Shown here: in pieces, positions 53,909-62,095 of the stretch
How the letters are laid out: each line of letters begins with the position of its first letter
Position numbering within the stretch: the stretch's first letter is position 1
Origin: a virus
Taxonomy: Duplodnaviria; Caudoviricetes
Length of the DNA: 64,000 nucleotides
Strand: one strand, 5' to 3'
Virus record (IMG/VR): IMGVR_UViG_3300036784_000078
Span: 3,442 to 67,441 of that record
Translations under genes and position numbers: made by a program
The notes under the pieces: model-generated
Database searches by the model: none
What the model saw: only the letters and a program-made list of their open reading frames with translations
What the model was told of the DNA's origin: nothing

Positions 53909-54498
53909 GCGCCGCCCTGATGCCCGCGCCCGGCCGCCTGGAAGCCCGTCAGGGGCCGCTGGCGGTGATGCAGGCCTCCTGGCGCGACCCCGACGACCGC
54001 ACGCCCACGGCCGCCAGGACGGCGCGGGAAATTGCCGGCTACCGGGCCTACTGTCCGTTACGGTGGATGCTGCGCCGGCATGGCGCTGCGTCGGCGGTCA
54101 CCGAGCGTCATGTCTACGCGGCCGACCGGCTGCGGTTTACTTTCGATGTGGCCGGGCTGGGGATGAGCGGGGTGCGGGAGCTGCTGCCGGTGACGGCGCT
54201 GGTCTACGGGCCGCGCGACGGGCCCGGGCGGGCGGCGTTGTGGCAGACCAGGGCGTTGCGCGAGTTCCGCCGCGCGATGGCGTGCGAGCCGCTGGAGGAC
54301 CGGCCGCTGATCGGCGCCGTGGTGCTGCGGAACCACTCGGTCGCGGCGTGGTGCGCGGAGCAGGGGCGGGCCGGCGTCAAGCCGCAGCCGAAGACGGAAA
54401 TGCGGCGGCTGGTGGTCTGCCTGGACCGGCTCGAGGCGCATTATGCGAGCGAGATCGACGACGACCTGGCGTGCGGCCGGCTGCTGGCCGCGGTGTAA
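53905..54498 (+). CDS. Q-like late regulator (DUF6456-like)
   Basis: PL..M.R.G...AADRLR.F..AG...LDRLEAHY pattern; last gene of the replication operon. Confidence 0.55.
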   Translation: MSAALMPAPGRLEARQGPLAVMQASWRDPDDRTPTAARTAREIAGYRAYCPLRWMLRRHGAASAVTERHVYAADRLRFTFDVAGLGMSGVRELLPVTALVYGPRDGPGRAALWQTRALREFRRAMACEPLEDRPLIGAVVLRNHSVAAWCAEQGRAGVKPQPKTEMRRLVVCLDRLEAHYASEIDDDLACGRLLAAV

Positions 54499-54680
54499 TG
54501 GACCGTCAGCTAAAGCAGACGGCTTTGCAAGTGCCTCGTAGGCTACGCGGCCCTGCGTTCGGCGGCATTACGTTCCGCCCGGCTCGCGATGTTACGAGCC
54601 GCTGTTGTATCGGCTGCGGCGGAGTGTCCGCAGCTTACGCAGCAAAACCTGTCCCGGCTCGGCCTGTTGCGGCGATCGGT
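54495..54680 (-). ncRNA. Predicted omegaRNA/reRNA scaffold overlapping the tnpB 3' end (5' boundary uncertain)
   Basis: Established TnpB architecture; right-end hairpin present; boundary not computed. Confidence 0.5.
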
Positions 54681-55616
54681 GCAGCCGCACTCGGGACAAG
54701 CCTGACTGGTGTATTTCGGGTTCACGCAGATCAGCGGAACGCCTTGCATCTCCGCCTTGTAGGCCACGAAACCCCGAAGCTGGGCGAAGGCCCAATTGTG
54801 GTGCGCCCTCCGTTGGCTGCGTCGAACCGTTGTCCGGTCGCGAATGTGCGTCAGGTCTTCCAACCCGATGCCGCGTCCGGTGTCTTTCGCTTTGCGCACG
54901 AGTGCCTTGCTGATCCGGTGGTTGAGGCTGGCAGCGAACCGCGCCTCCTTAGCCCGACGCTTCCGCAGAAGGCGCTTGGCCGATTTGGTTCCTTTTTTCT
55001 GGAGCTTGCGCCGCAACCGAGCGTGGCGATTGCGAAGGTTGGCGTTGTGGGCGCCGCAGAATGTCTCGCCATCGCTGTCGGCGGCGATGTTGCGGCGTCC
55101 GAGATCAACACCGAGGTATTCTATGGGGTCTCCAGGCGGCACGTCTCCCACGTCAATCGTCACGTAGAGGAAAAACATGCCGTCGCGATAGATCAGGTCT
55201 GCTTGTCCACGCGCCCGATCCAACAGCGCGCGTTGGTAGGCTCCGCAGACCCACGGCATGATCTGCCGGCCATCATTGGTCAGGACCGAGACCCGATCGG
55301 CGCCTTTCCAGGACAGAATGCGCTGGTCGTAGACGATGGCGCCGTGCGGCCGAAATGTCGGCTGAATGCTCTTATCCCGCTTGTAGACCTCCACGACCTT
55401 GGCGATGGCCCGCACCGTCATCTGAGCACCGAGGCTGAAGTCTCGCCTGATGTCGTGGTAAGCAAGCTTCTGCAACTCGACCTTGTTGGCGCACCGGCTG
55501 GCGAAGGCCACCACCGCGAGCGCGTCGCAAGCAGCGTTGAACCGCTCCATCGTCCGCAGCATGGAAACGGCCTGGTCAGGCGTCGGCAGCAGTTTCAGTT
55601 GCATGGTCAGGCGCAT
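54543..55616 (-). CDS. tnpB: TnpB RNA-guided endonuclease (357 aa, catalytic residues intact)
   Basis: LGVDLG, IGLEDLT, TSQACPECG..CVSCG..AADTTAARNI. Confidence 0.95.
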   Translation of the reverse strand: MRLTMQLKLLPTPDQAVSMLRTMERFNAACDALAVVAFASRCANKVELQKLAYHDIRRDFSLGAQMTVRAIAKVVEVYKRDKSIQPTFRPHGAIVYDQRILSWKGADRVSVLTNDGRQIMPWVCGAYQRALLDRARGQADLIYRDGMFFLYVTIDVGDVPPGDPIEYLGVDLGRRNIAADSDGETFCGAHNANLRNRHARLRRKLQKKGTKSAKRLLRKRRAKEARFAASLNHRISKALVRKAKDTGRGIGLEDLTHIRDRTTVRRSQRRAHHNWAFAQLRGFVAYKAEMQGVPLICVNPKYTSQACPECGCTDRRNRPSRDRFCCVSCGHSAAADTTAARNIASRAERNAAERRAA

Positions 55617-55977
55617 GATAACCTATTTAGGAATCACTCAATAGGACAGCAAGTGCGCCGGCTCCCGCCGGACGCGCTATCCCTCCGTCGCCTAAAGGCG
55701 CCGGCTTCTCGCGCGAGGAACCTGTGACGGTTGTCCTCATCTTGCGGCGGCGCGGGTAGGTTCGCTACCCTCGCCGCGTCATGAGGATAACCGGCAAGAA
55801 CCCCCGTGGGTGAGCCGGTGGGTGTCCGAAGTGGCAAGGGCGGCGGTCTTCATTCCGAGGGCCGCCGCCTCGCCCTTCTGCGTTTCCGCGGTGTCTGCGC
55901 CGCGGCCTCATTGAAGAATTGACGCATCCTGAGTAGCGGGGTAGGAATCCCAGGCTCGCGAGAGGACTGTCCCCGCG

Positions 55978-56172
55978 ATGGCGCTCGGCCCCGGAAAATA
56001 CGACGACCTCGCCACGCTGGTTCGCGCGAACACATCGGCGCGCGGCGTGATCCTTCTCGTCATCGAGGGCGACCAGGGCGGCGGGTTCAGCGTGCAGGCG
56101 ACCGCGGACATCATCGTCAGGCTGCCCACGCTGCTGCGCCGCATCGCCGACGACATCGAGCGCGACCTGTAA
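55978..56172 (+). CDS. Conserved small hypothetical protein
   Basis: MALGPGKYDD...GVILLVIEGDQGGGFSVQ motif. Confidence 0.7.
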   Translation: MALGPGKYDDLATLVRANTSARGVILLVIEGDQGGGFSVQATADIIVRLPTLLRRIADDIERDL

Positions 56173-56205
56173 CATCATCGAACTGTCAGCGCGAGGCCGA
56201 ATGCG

Positions 56206-56415
56206 ATGTCGGATGATTCCAATCCGCGCGAGGGCATTCTGCAGTTCTTCGCCTTCGCCCATCTGCGCGAGGATCTGCAGGCCGTATCGCAGCCGTTCCA
56301 CACGCTCGCCCATCACATCGTGGACACGCTGCCGCGTAACCCCGAGCGTACCGTCTCGCTCCGAAAATTGTTGGAGGCCAAAGACGCGGCGATGCGCGCG
56401 AGGCTCTACCAGTAA
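56206..56415 (+). CDS. Small helical-hairpin protein (Acb2/Tad1-like hairpin candidate)
   Basis: QFFAFAHL..LQAVSQPF..LA..LP..PERTVSLRKLLEAKDAAMRA. Confidence 0.75.
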   Translation: MSDDSNPREGILQFFAFAHLREDLQAVSQPFHTLAHHIVDTLPRNPERTVSLRKLLEAKDAAMRARLYQ

Positions 56416-56443
56416 CCCGCAACAACAACCCGGAGGACACCCT

Positions 56444-57094
56444 ATGCCGCTCGTACAAGGTTATCTCGAAGAAAAAATCATCGTCGGTCCCGGTCGCCCG
56501 TCCCATCCCATCGCCCCCGGCGGCCCGGTCGGCCCCCCCGACTGGGGCATCGAAGGGCCGATCGATCCCGGCTACGGCTATCCTCTGCCGCCGGTCGTCA
56601 GTCACCCTATCCCGCCGACCGTATGGCCTGATCCACGGCCGCCACGGCCGCCAACGTACCCCGTCGATCCCGACTATGGCCTGCCGGCGCCGCCGACGGT
56701 GTGGCCGCAGCCGCCGCGTCCGGTTGATCCGGACTATTCGGTCCCCATTCCGATCTCGCCGAGCCACCCGATTTACTATCCGGGAGCGCCGAACCACGAT
56801 CTGCCGCTGCCGCCCGGTGCGGTGTGGCCGCCGTTGCCGCCCTATGTCAGCACCGGTCCAGTCGGACAGGTGATGTGCTTCGTCTGGATACCGGGGATCG
56901 GCTACCGCTGGACCACCATCGACCTGAATCTCCAGCCGACGCATCCGATCGTGATTCCGCCCAGCACGGTGCCGGGCGTGCCGACGCATCCGATCGCGCC
57001 GGGTGGTGAAGCGCCGACACACCCGATCGCGCCGGGCGGTGAAGCGCCGGCCCATCCGATGGACCCCGGCGGACAGCCGACGCCGCGCCGCTGA
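56444..57094 (+). CDS. Proline-rich repeat protein
   Basis: SD GGAGGACACCC; multiple P(T/S)HPI and DPxYG repeats. Confidence 0.75.
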   Translation: MPLVQGYLEEKIIVGPGRPSHPIAPGGPVGPPDWGIEGPIDPGYGYPLPPVVSHPIPPTVWPDPRPPRPPTYPVDPDYGLPAPPTVWPQPPRPVDPDYSVPIPISPSHPIYYPGAPNHDLPLPPGAVWPPLPPYVSTGPVGQVMCFVWIPGIGYRWTTIDLNLQPTHPIVIPPSTVPGVPTHPIAPGGEAPTHPIAPGGEAPAHPMDPGGQPTPRR

Positions 57095-57161
57095 TCGACG
57101 GTGGTGCCCTGGGCGGCGGGATTCTCCCCGCTCGCCGCCCAGGTGCGGCCGATTAAGGCAG

Positions 57162-57464
57162 CTACCCGATAGGCGTGGTAAGATCGGCCGGAGCGATCTT
57201 CCAGCCGATGACAAATACGGCGACCCGCGGCAGGGCATCCCATTCGACGAAATAGCCGACGCCCATATCCGGGTGCCCGTAACAGCCGAGAATGGTGCCG
57301 AGCGCGCCGAGGGGCTGGCTATCTCCAGGCTCGACCTTGACCTTGGCGATCCTGGTGCCGATCGCCAGTGTGCCGGGCAGCGCTAGCTGGTAGCGGTTGA
57401 ACACGCCGGTCCAGCCCGGTTCTGAGCGTGGTGTCATGGCGTCAATGTCGTACTCCTCGGTCAT
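57162..57464 (-). CDS. Hypothetical protein (SH3-like fold possible)
   Basis: GTRIAKVK.EPGD..LGTILG..GVGYFVEWD. Confidence 0.65.
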   Translation of the reverse strand: MTEEYDIDAMTPRSEPGWTGVFNRYQLALPGTLAIGTRIAKVKVEPGDSQPLGALGTILGCYGHPDMGVGYFVEWDALPRVAVFVIGWKIAPADLTTPIG

Positions 57465-57898
57465 GGCTTCGGGGCCTTTCCGGGTGTCTCGGGGTTGGTA
57501 ACCATCCTTCCCGATTCAAGGAACACCGGCAACGCACTCTCGGTCGGAACATAGACGACCTGTCCTCGTGTGCTGTCGAACTTGTCGATCCACAAATACC
57601 TGAGATAATTCGCGCCTTCCTCGCCTTTGAGGCTATCGCCGATGATCTGGTTCGCCTGGGCGACTCCGCGGGCGCGGGCGACTTCGGCATCGGCCAGCTT
57701 GGCGGCGGCGTCCAGTTTCGCTTCAGCTTCCACGACCGCGGTGCGGCGGGTGTATTCGGCCTTCGCCAATTCGGCCTCGCCTACCATTCGCTCTGAATAG
57801 ACGTTGTAAGCGGGACAGCCCCACATGCCGCCGCCGACGATCAGCACCACGGTGACGATCAGCCCGATGATGGCGCCGGGGGAAAGGAAACTGTTCAT
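57461..57898 (-). CDS. SPFH/Band-7-like membrane protein (short form)
   Basis: N-terminal TM helix; GEAELAKAE..AEAK..RARGVAQANQIIGDSL..YLRYLWI..YVPTE. Confidence 0.75.
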   Translation of the reverse strand: MNSFLSPGAIIGLIVTVVLIVGGGMWGCPAYNVYSERMVGEAELAKAEYTRRTAVVEAEAKLDAAAKLADAEVARARGVAQANQIIGDSLKGEEGANYLRYLWIDKFDSTRGQVVYVPTESALPVFLESGRMVTNPETPGKAPKP

Positions 57899-58095
57899 TT
57901 TGTGTCCTGGATCGGTGTCTGTGCCAGACAGGCGGCATAGGTGAGCCACCATCGGCTCTGACGCAGCGCCCGCGCCGCGTACCATTCGCCACCGGCCGCC
58001 TCGAATTGCTCGGCGAGCGCCTTGTATGTCCGGCCGATGTCGCTGGCCTGTGCCGGCGTCATGCGCCGCGGCGGCAGGAAGGCTTCATCGCTCAT
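57895..58095 (-). CDS. Small hypothetical protein
   Basis: ATGA-coupled chain. Confidence 0.55.
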   Translation of the reverse strand: MSDEAFLPPRRMTPAQASDIGRTYKALAEQFEAAGGEWYAARALRQSRWWLTYAACLAQTPIQDTK

Positions 58096-58295
58096 GTCGC
58101 GTCCCCTTCGCCTTGCGCATAAGCTACAAACCACTCCTGCTGCATCTGATCGATGCGGGCTTGCAGCCGATCAAGGCGCGCCATCGCATTGACGCGAAGA
58201 TCGGTCAGATCGGCCCTGGTCGCCATGTCGTTGCGCAAGGCGCCGAGGCCGGCTTCGATGCGGGCCAGTGCGGCAAGGATCGGATCGTCGCTCAT
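58092..58295 (-). CDS. Small coiled-coil protein
   Basis: ATGA-coupled; MATRADL motif. Confidence 0.6.
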   Translation of the reverse strand: MSDDPILAALARIEAGLGALRNDMATRADLTDLRVNAMARLDRLQARIDQMQQEWFVAYAQGEGDAT

Positions 58296-59287
58296 CGGTT
58301 TTCTCCCGTGATCTGATAGAACGAGCGCCCGGCCATGGCCTGCTCTTCGCCGTCTTTCAGCATCACCAGCGCATCGCGGACCCAGGTCGTGCCGCCGCCG
58401 TGGCGCTCGTGCAGGTGGCGCAGATGGCCGCGGCGCAGATGCGGCACGGGCGAGGCGTGGTGACCCGCTCCCGGCGGACCCCGGTGCTGGCCGCGTAAGG
58501 ACAGCGCGGTGATGTAGGGTGCGGTGTTGACCCGCCAGTGCGCCGGGATCGCCGGCTTGCGCGCGGCCAGCCGGGCCTTGTTCAGCTTCGCTGGCGGCTC
58601 GATCCGATCGACCGTGACGCCATGTGTCGCCAGCAGAAGCAGGCTCGCCGTGACCGGGTCGAACAGGTTGCAGATGACGTCCTTGTCCGACCGTTGCAGC
58701 TCGAGCCCGGCATGGAGGGCGCCGCGCTGGATCGTGCCGTGATAGCTGATCAGGCCCGCGTCGTTGACCGTGACGCAGGCGAGGGCGGTGTCGCAGATCA
58801 TCAGCCATTGCTGCCCGTGCACCAGCGCGCATTCCGCCTCGGTGACCAGGAACGAGCCGGGCCGGTAGGAGCCGTGCGTCATCCGGTGCCAGTCGGAGGG
58901 ATCGACGAAATAGACCGACCCGGCGATCTCGCCGCCATTCAGGCGCGGATCGCTCCAGGTGTGGAAAATCACGTACGGCTCGCGATACGGGTGGCCGATA
59001 TGCCCGTGCGCGATGAGCTGTACGGCGCGCTGCGATTCCGAAATCAGGATATTGTTCGGCGCATAGCCGAGGTCGAACAGCAGTCCTCGTTTGATCGCCT
59101 GGAATATGGCGTCGGCGACGGACGAGACATAGCTCTGCTCGCGCGGGCTATCCGCCGCGGTCGGTGCCAGGATGCGGCCATCGAGGGCGGCGTTGCGAAC
59201 CTGCTCGATGGTTGGCTTCCGCCAAGTTGTCATCGAGCGGAGGGCCGCTTCGCTGGTCTCGACATCGAGGGCGTGGGGCTGGTTCAT
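58292..59287 (-). CDS. Conserved phage hypothetical protein
   Basis: C-terminal HASPVPHLRRGHLRHL motif; start could instead be 59317. Confidence 0.7.
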   Translation of the reverse strand: MNQPHALDVETSEAALRSMTTWRKPTIEQVRNAALDGRILAPTAADSPREQSYVSSVADAIFQAIKRGLLFDLGYAPNNILISESQRAVQLIAHGHIGHPYREPYVIFHTWSDPRLNGGEIAGSVYFVDPSDWHRMTHGSYRPGSFLVTEAECALVHGQQWLMICDTALACVTVNDAGLISYHGTIQRGALHAGLELQRSDKDVICNLFDPVTASLLLLATHGVTVDRIEPPAKLNKARLAARKPAIPAHWRVNTAPYITALSLRGQHRGPPGAGHHASPVPHLRRGHLRHLHERHGGGTTWVRDALVMLKDGEEQAMAGRSFYQITGENR

Positions 59288-59808
59288 TGTGAAAACCGTA
59301 TCTTGTATGTCCGCCACCGGCCATCGTGTGGCAGCGGCAGATAGGGGCAGCTTTCGATCGTCGCGATCGCAGCCGAACCATAAGCGGTGAGACCACGGCG
59401 ATCCGCCGGGTCTATTCCGAGCCGGCGCACGACGCTATTGCCGTCAACAGTAACGATGATCGTCACCTCGTCGTGTCCGGGGTATGCGTATGGAGCGCCG
59501 ACGATGCAGCCGGGCGTGTGTAAGTACTGACCGACCGCGATCTTCTCTGCTGGCGTCAAAAGGCCTGTCTCGTCGGCCTGGGCGTGCGCCGGGGCGCAGC
59601 GCGCCAACGCCATGGCGAGCGCCGCTGCCGTCGCCCAGAACACGAGCTGCCCGGCCCGCGAGCGGCGTGGCTTCGGCGGCGGCCGGCGGTCGATGATCTC
59701 GATCTCGATGCGAACGCGCTGGGGACCCCCGCCCCCCGATGGCGGGGGAGGGGGTGCGAGCAGGTAATCGAACGAGCCGCGTGGCGGCGCTGCGAGGCGG
59801 GTTTTCAT
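59284..59808 (-). CDS. Membrane-anchored protein with TolA/TonB-C-like domain
   Basis: Internal hydrophobic helix; AAIATIESCPYLPLP...WRTYKIRF. Confidence 0.55.
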   Translation of the reverse strand: MKTRLAAPPRGSFDYLLAPPPPPSGGGGPQRVRIEIEIIDRRPPPKPRRSRAGQLVFWATAAALAMALARCAPAHAQADETGLLTPAEKIAVGQYLHTPGCIVGAPYAYPGHDEVTIIVTVDGNSVVRRLGIDPADRRGLTAYGSAAIATIESCPYLPLPHDGRWRTYKIRFSQ

Positions 59809-60359
59809 AGTTGTGCGCTCCCGGCGTCCGGTGCGTTGCATAGCTCGCCCTGCCGCCACCATTCGACGTAGTCCCATCGCGGCACGACGAATACGGCGGG
59901 CTGTGACAGGTAATCATAATGCTGGGTGAAACCGAGACCGAAACGCTCCGGCAGGCTCGGCGGCATGTGGTCACGACGGGCAATGGCGATGCCTTCGGGG
60001 ATGGCGTCGGGTTTGAGCTTGGCCGCGTCGATCCGCCTGAGATACTTCGATGCAGCCAGGAACGGGCAAACGCGCAGCGCGTATTCGGCGCATTCCAGGT
60101 GCATCGGAGGATCGACGAAAGCGCCATGCTCGTGGAGGAAACTACGCGCCCCGCCGACGAACCACATGCCGTCGGTGAACCGCTTGCCGCAGATGGCGCA
60201 GAGGCGCTTGGTACGGCAAGCGGTCGCCTTGCGGTCATCGTTGATCGTGAATTGCGGCAGCCCGGTTTTGTCGACCATGACCAGAAACGGAATGGGATAG
60301 CCGCGGGCGTCACGCGGGAGTGTCCGCATCAGCTTCGGCAGTTCGGGGCGATCCATCAT
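59805..60359 (-). CDS. Conserved Cys-rich phage hypothetical protein
   Basis: GYPIPF..LCAICG..PPMHLECAEYALRVCPFL. Confidence 0.75.
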   Translation of the reverse strand: MMDRPELPKLMRTLPRDARGYPIPFLVMVDKTGLPQFTINDDRKATACRTKRLCAICGKRFTDGMWFVGGARSFLHEHGAFVDPPMHLECAEYALRVCPFLAASKYLRRIDAAKLKPDAIPEGIAIARRDHMPPSLPERFGLGFTQHYDYLSQPAVFVVPRWDYVEWWRQGELCNAPDAGSAQL

Positions 60360-60955
60360 GCATGCCCCATCGGCCGCTGGCTGAGCGGCACGCAGTGAAC
60401 GACGCCGCTTGCCACGATATCGCCGAGTATGGCGCGCGCCTTGGCCCGGAGCTGCGGCGATGGGGTTTCGTCGGGGAGCACTTCGGTCATCGGTCCGGTG
60501 AGAATGTTCGCGCTGCCGGAGAGATCAGGCTGGCGGATGATGTCGATGATCTTGCCGTCGTTGTTGCGGATGATGTCGCCGATCAGAATGCGGTTGATGC
60601 GCTCGTCGGTGTCATCGGTGCGGTAGCAGGTGGCAATGCAGATGCCCTCCCGGCGGTCTGTGCGCCCGGAAGGCGGGATGATGTTGCCGCCGGCGTCGGT
60701 GATAGCGTCGTCCGCGAACCAGATTTCATCCATGTAGGTGAGGCCATAGGCGGCGTGCGCGACGCAGATCATGGCGATCATCTTGCGGGCGAGGTCCTTC
60801 GCCATCGCCGTCAAGACGGCGAACGTCTGGTCCTCGCCATAGACGATATACATCGGGGATAGTGACCCCGACGCGATGGCCTTGGCCTTGGCGAACGCGA
60901 AGTCGTTCTCGGCGCGTGTGTGCCAGTCTTCGGCCGATGGTCTGGTGAGTGTCAT
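60356..60955 (-). CDS. Hypothetical protein
   Basis: AAGGACACCC leader; ATGA coupling. Confidence 0.65.
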   Translation of the reverse strand: MTLTRPSAEDWHTRAENDFAFAKAKAIASGSLSPMYIVYGEDQTFAVLTAMAKDLARKMIAMICVAHAAYGLTYMDEIWFADDAITDAGGNIIPPSGRTDRREGICIATCYRTDDTDERINRILIGDIIRNNDGKIIDIIRQPDLSGSANILTGPMTEVLPDETPSPQLRAKARAILGDIVASGVVHCVPLSQRPMGHA

Positions 60956-61155
60956 AGCAGGGTGTCCTTGTTTGGCAGGAGGTCGGTCAGGCGCATTTCG
61001 AGCGCCGCGGTCTTGGCGGGTTGCAGGATGTCCGACGTGTAGACGGGCTCCTCGTCGTCGGTGATGTGGAAGACGAAATCGCCGCGATTGGTAATGAACC
61101 ATTCGAGCAGCGCGATGGCCTTGTCGATGGCGTCGAGGCGTTCAGTCGTGGTCAT
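60952..61155 (-). CDS. Small hypothetical protein
   Basis: SD GGAG; ATGA coupling. Confidence 0.55.
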   Translation of the reverse strand: MTTTERLDAIDKAIALLEWFITNRGDFVFHITDDEEPVYTSDILQPAKTAALEMRLTDLLPNKDTLL

Positions 61156-61158
61156 GGT

Positions 61159-61365
61159 TTACTCCAATCCGAATGCCGACTTCAGCCAGTGCGGAGCCAG
61201 TTTCCTCTTGGTATAATCGAGCGCGAGATAGTCCCTGGCCGCAACTGCTTCCGCGCGGGTCCGGGCGTAAAACGGCTCACCATTGGTCCGCCGCGCGACG
61301 TTGCCCGCCGCCGTGCGGATAAACCAGCGGCCATCTTCGGTGCATTCAACCATTGTCATGGTCAT
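61159..61365 (-). CDS. Small hypothetical protein
   Basis: AAGGATACCC leader. Confidence 0.55.
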   Translation of the reverse strand: MTMTMVECTEDGRWFIRTAAGNVARRTNGEPFYARTRAEAVAARDYLALDYTKRKLAPHWLKSAFGLE

Positions 61366-61655
61366 GGGCGGGTATCCTTTCTGCTCATGAACTGTGCCCG
61401 CAGCGCGGCATTTTCCGGTCTATTGTCGAAATCGCTCTGGTCAACGTCAGTGCATTCGATGCCAGCAGCCCGAAGCCCGACGCGTGCTCTTTCGGCCTTG
61501 GATGAGGACTTGGTGGAGCACTTGAATACGAGGCCCGGCAGCGCCGCCGTCGCGCCATCCAGCGCGCGCAGCGCCGAGAGGTATTGCTCCATCAGCTCGT
61601 CCCGCGAGGTACCGTTCAAGTGTACCGTCGGGCCGATCAGCGGGTTGCCGCTCAT
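61362..61655 (-). CDS. Small hypothetical protein
   Basis: PTVHLNGTSRDEL motif; ATGA coupling. Confidence 0.6.
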   Translation of the reverse strand: MSGNPLIGPTVHLNGTSRDELMEQYLSALRALDGATAALPGLVFKCSTKSSSKAERARVGLRAAGIECTDVDQSDFDNRPENAALRAQFMSRKDTRP

Positions 61656-61873
61656 ATCTCGGCCTCGTCGCAGGGGCCGTAGGCATCCGGCTCGATCTCG
61701 AAGGCGGCCTGCCCGAGCGCAACTCGCTTGGCGTTTATCAGGTCTATGCATGTGCCGCAGACTGGCTCGCGCTGGCCCGTTATCGCGGACGTACTCGGAA
61801 CGCGGACCGGATTGAAGCTGAACGGCTTGTCGCAGCAGATGCAGTGGCCGAAGGCGAAAACGAAACCCGGCAT
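61652..61873 (-). CDS. Small zinc-finger protein
   Basis: CICC..FNPVRVPS..EPVCGTC. Confidence 0.65.
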   Translation of the reverse strand: MPGFVFAFGHCICCDKPFSFNPVRVPSTSAITGQREPVCGTCIDLINAKRVALGQAAFEIEPDAYGPCDEAEI

Positions 61874-61876
61874 CGG

Positions 61877-62095
61877 TCAGGCTCCCCTCGCAAGAAGGCA
61901 GAGGGCTTGCCGCGCATCAGCCTCGGCCTCGTAGATGATGTCGTCGGCCTCATCCAAAGCCGCCTGATAATCGTCGCTGAGATCGACCAGGGCATGCGCG
62001 CATTTCAGGACCGCGCGGGCGGTAACAAGACTGGGCTTCTGTTCCCAGGCGGCATGGGCTTTGGCGTGACGGACGCGCAACTGCTTTTCGGTCAT
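61877..62095 (-). CDS. Small hypothetical protein
   Basis: SD GGAGG; ATGA coupling. Confidence 0.55.
   Translation of the reverse strand: MTEKQLRVRHAKAHAAWEQKPSLVTARAVLKCAHALVDLSDDYQAALDEADDIIYEAEADARQALCLLARGA

Larger units (their letters stand above)
54495..55723 (-). mobile_element. Non-autonomous tnpB-only IS200/IS605-family element
   Basis: Both ends carry the AAGCC..CTTTAG..ACGG subterminal hairpin motif; right end TTAC; left flank TCAC; no tnpA. Confidence 0.82.

Noticed and set aside
54543-55616. Cas12f/type V effector or nuclease-dead TldR regulator
   Set aside because: No array; IS200/IS605 end hairpins on both sides; all three RuvC acidic residues intact
54063-55727. Long ORF-track entries such as 54063-55727(+), 36709-38382(-, upstream part), 22569-24308(-), 5364-6860(-) and 40067-41104(+, upstream part)
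   Set aside because: Antisense or alternate-frame shadows of real genes, expected in high-GC DNA; Arg/Pro/Ala-rich and without motifs
3705-58295. Three small coiled-coil ORFs (3705, 39681, 58092) as a spanin/holin lysis set
   Set aside because: No TM helices or lipobox, and they are scattered on the early strand rather than clustered with an endolysin
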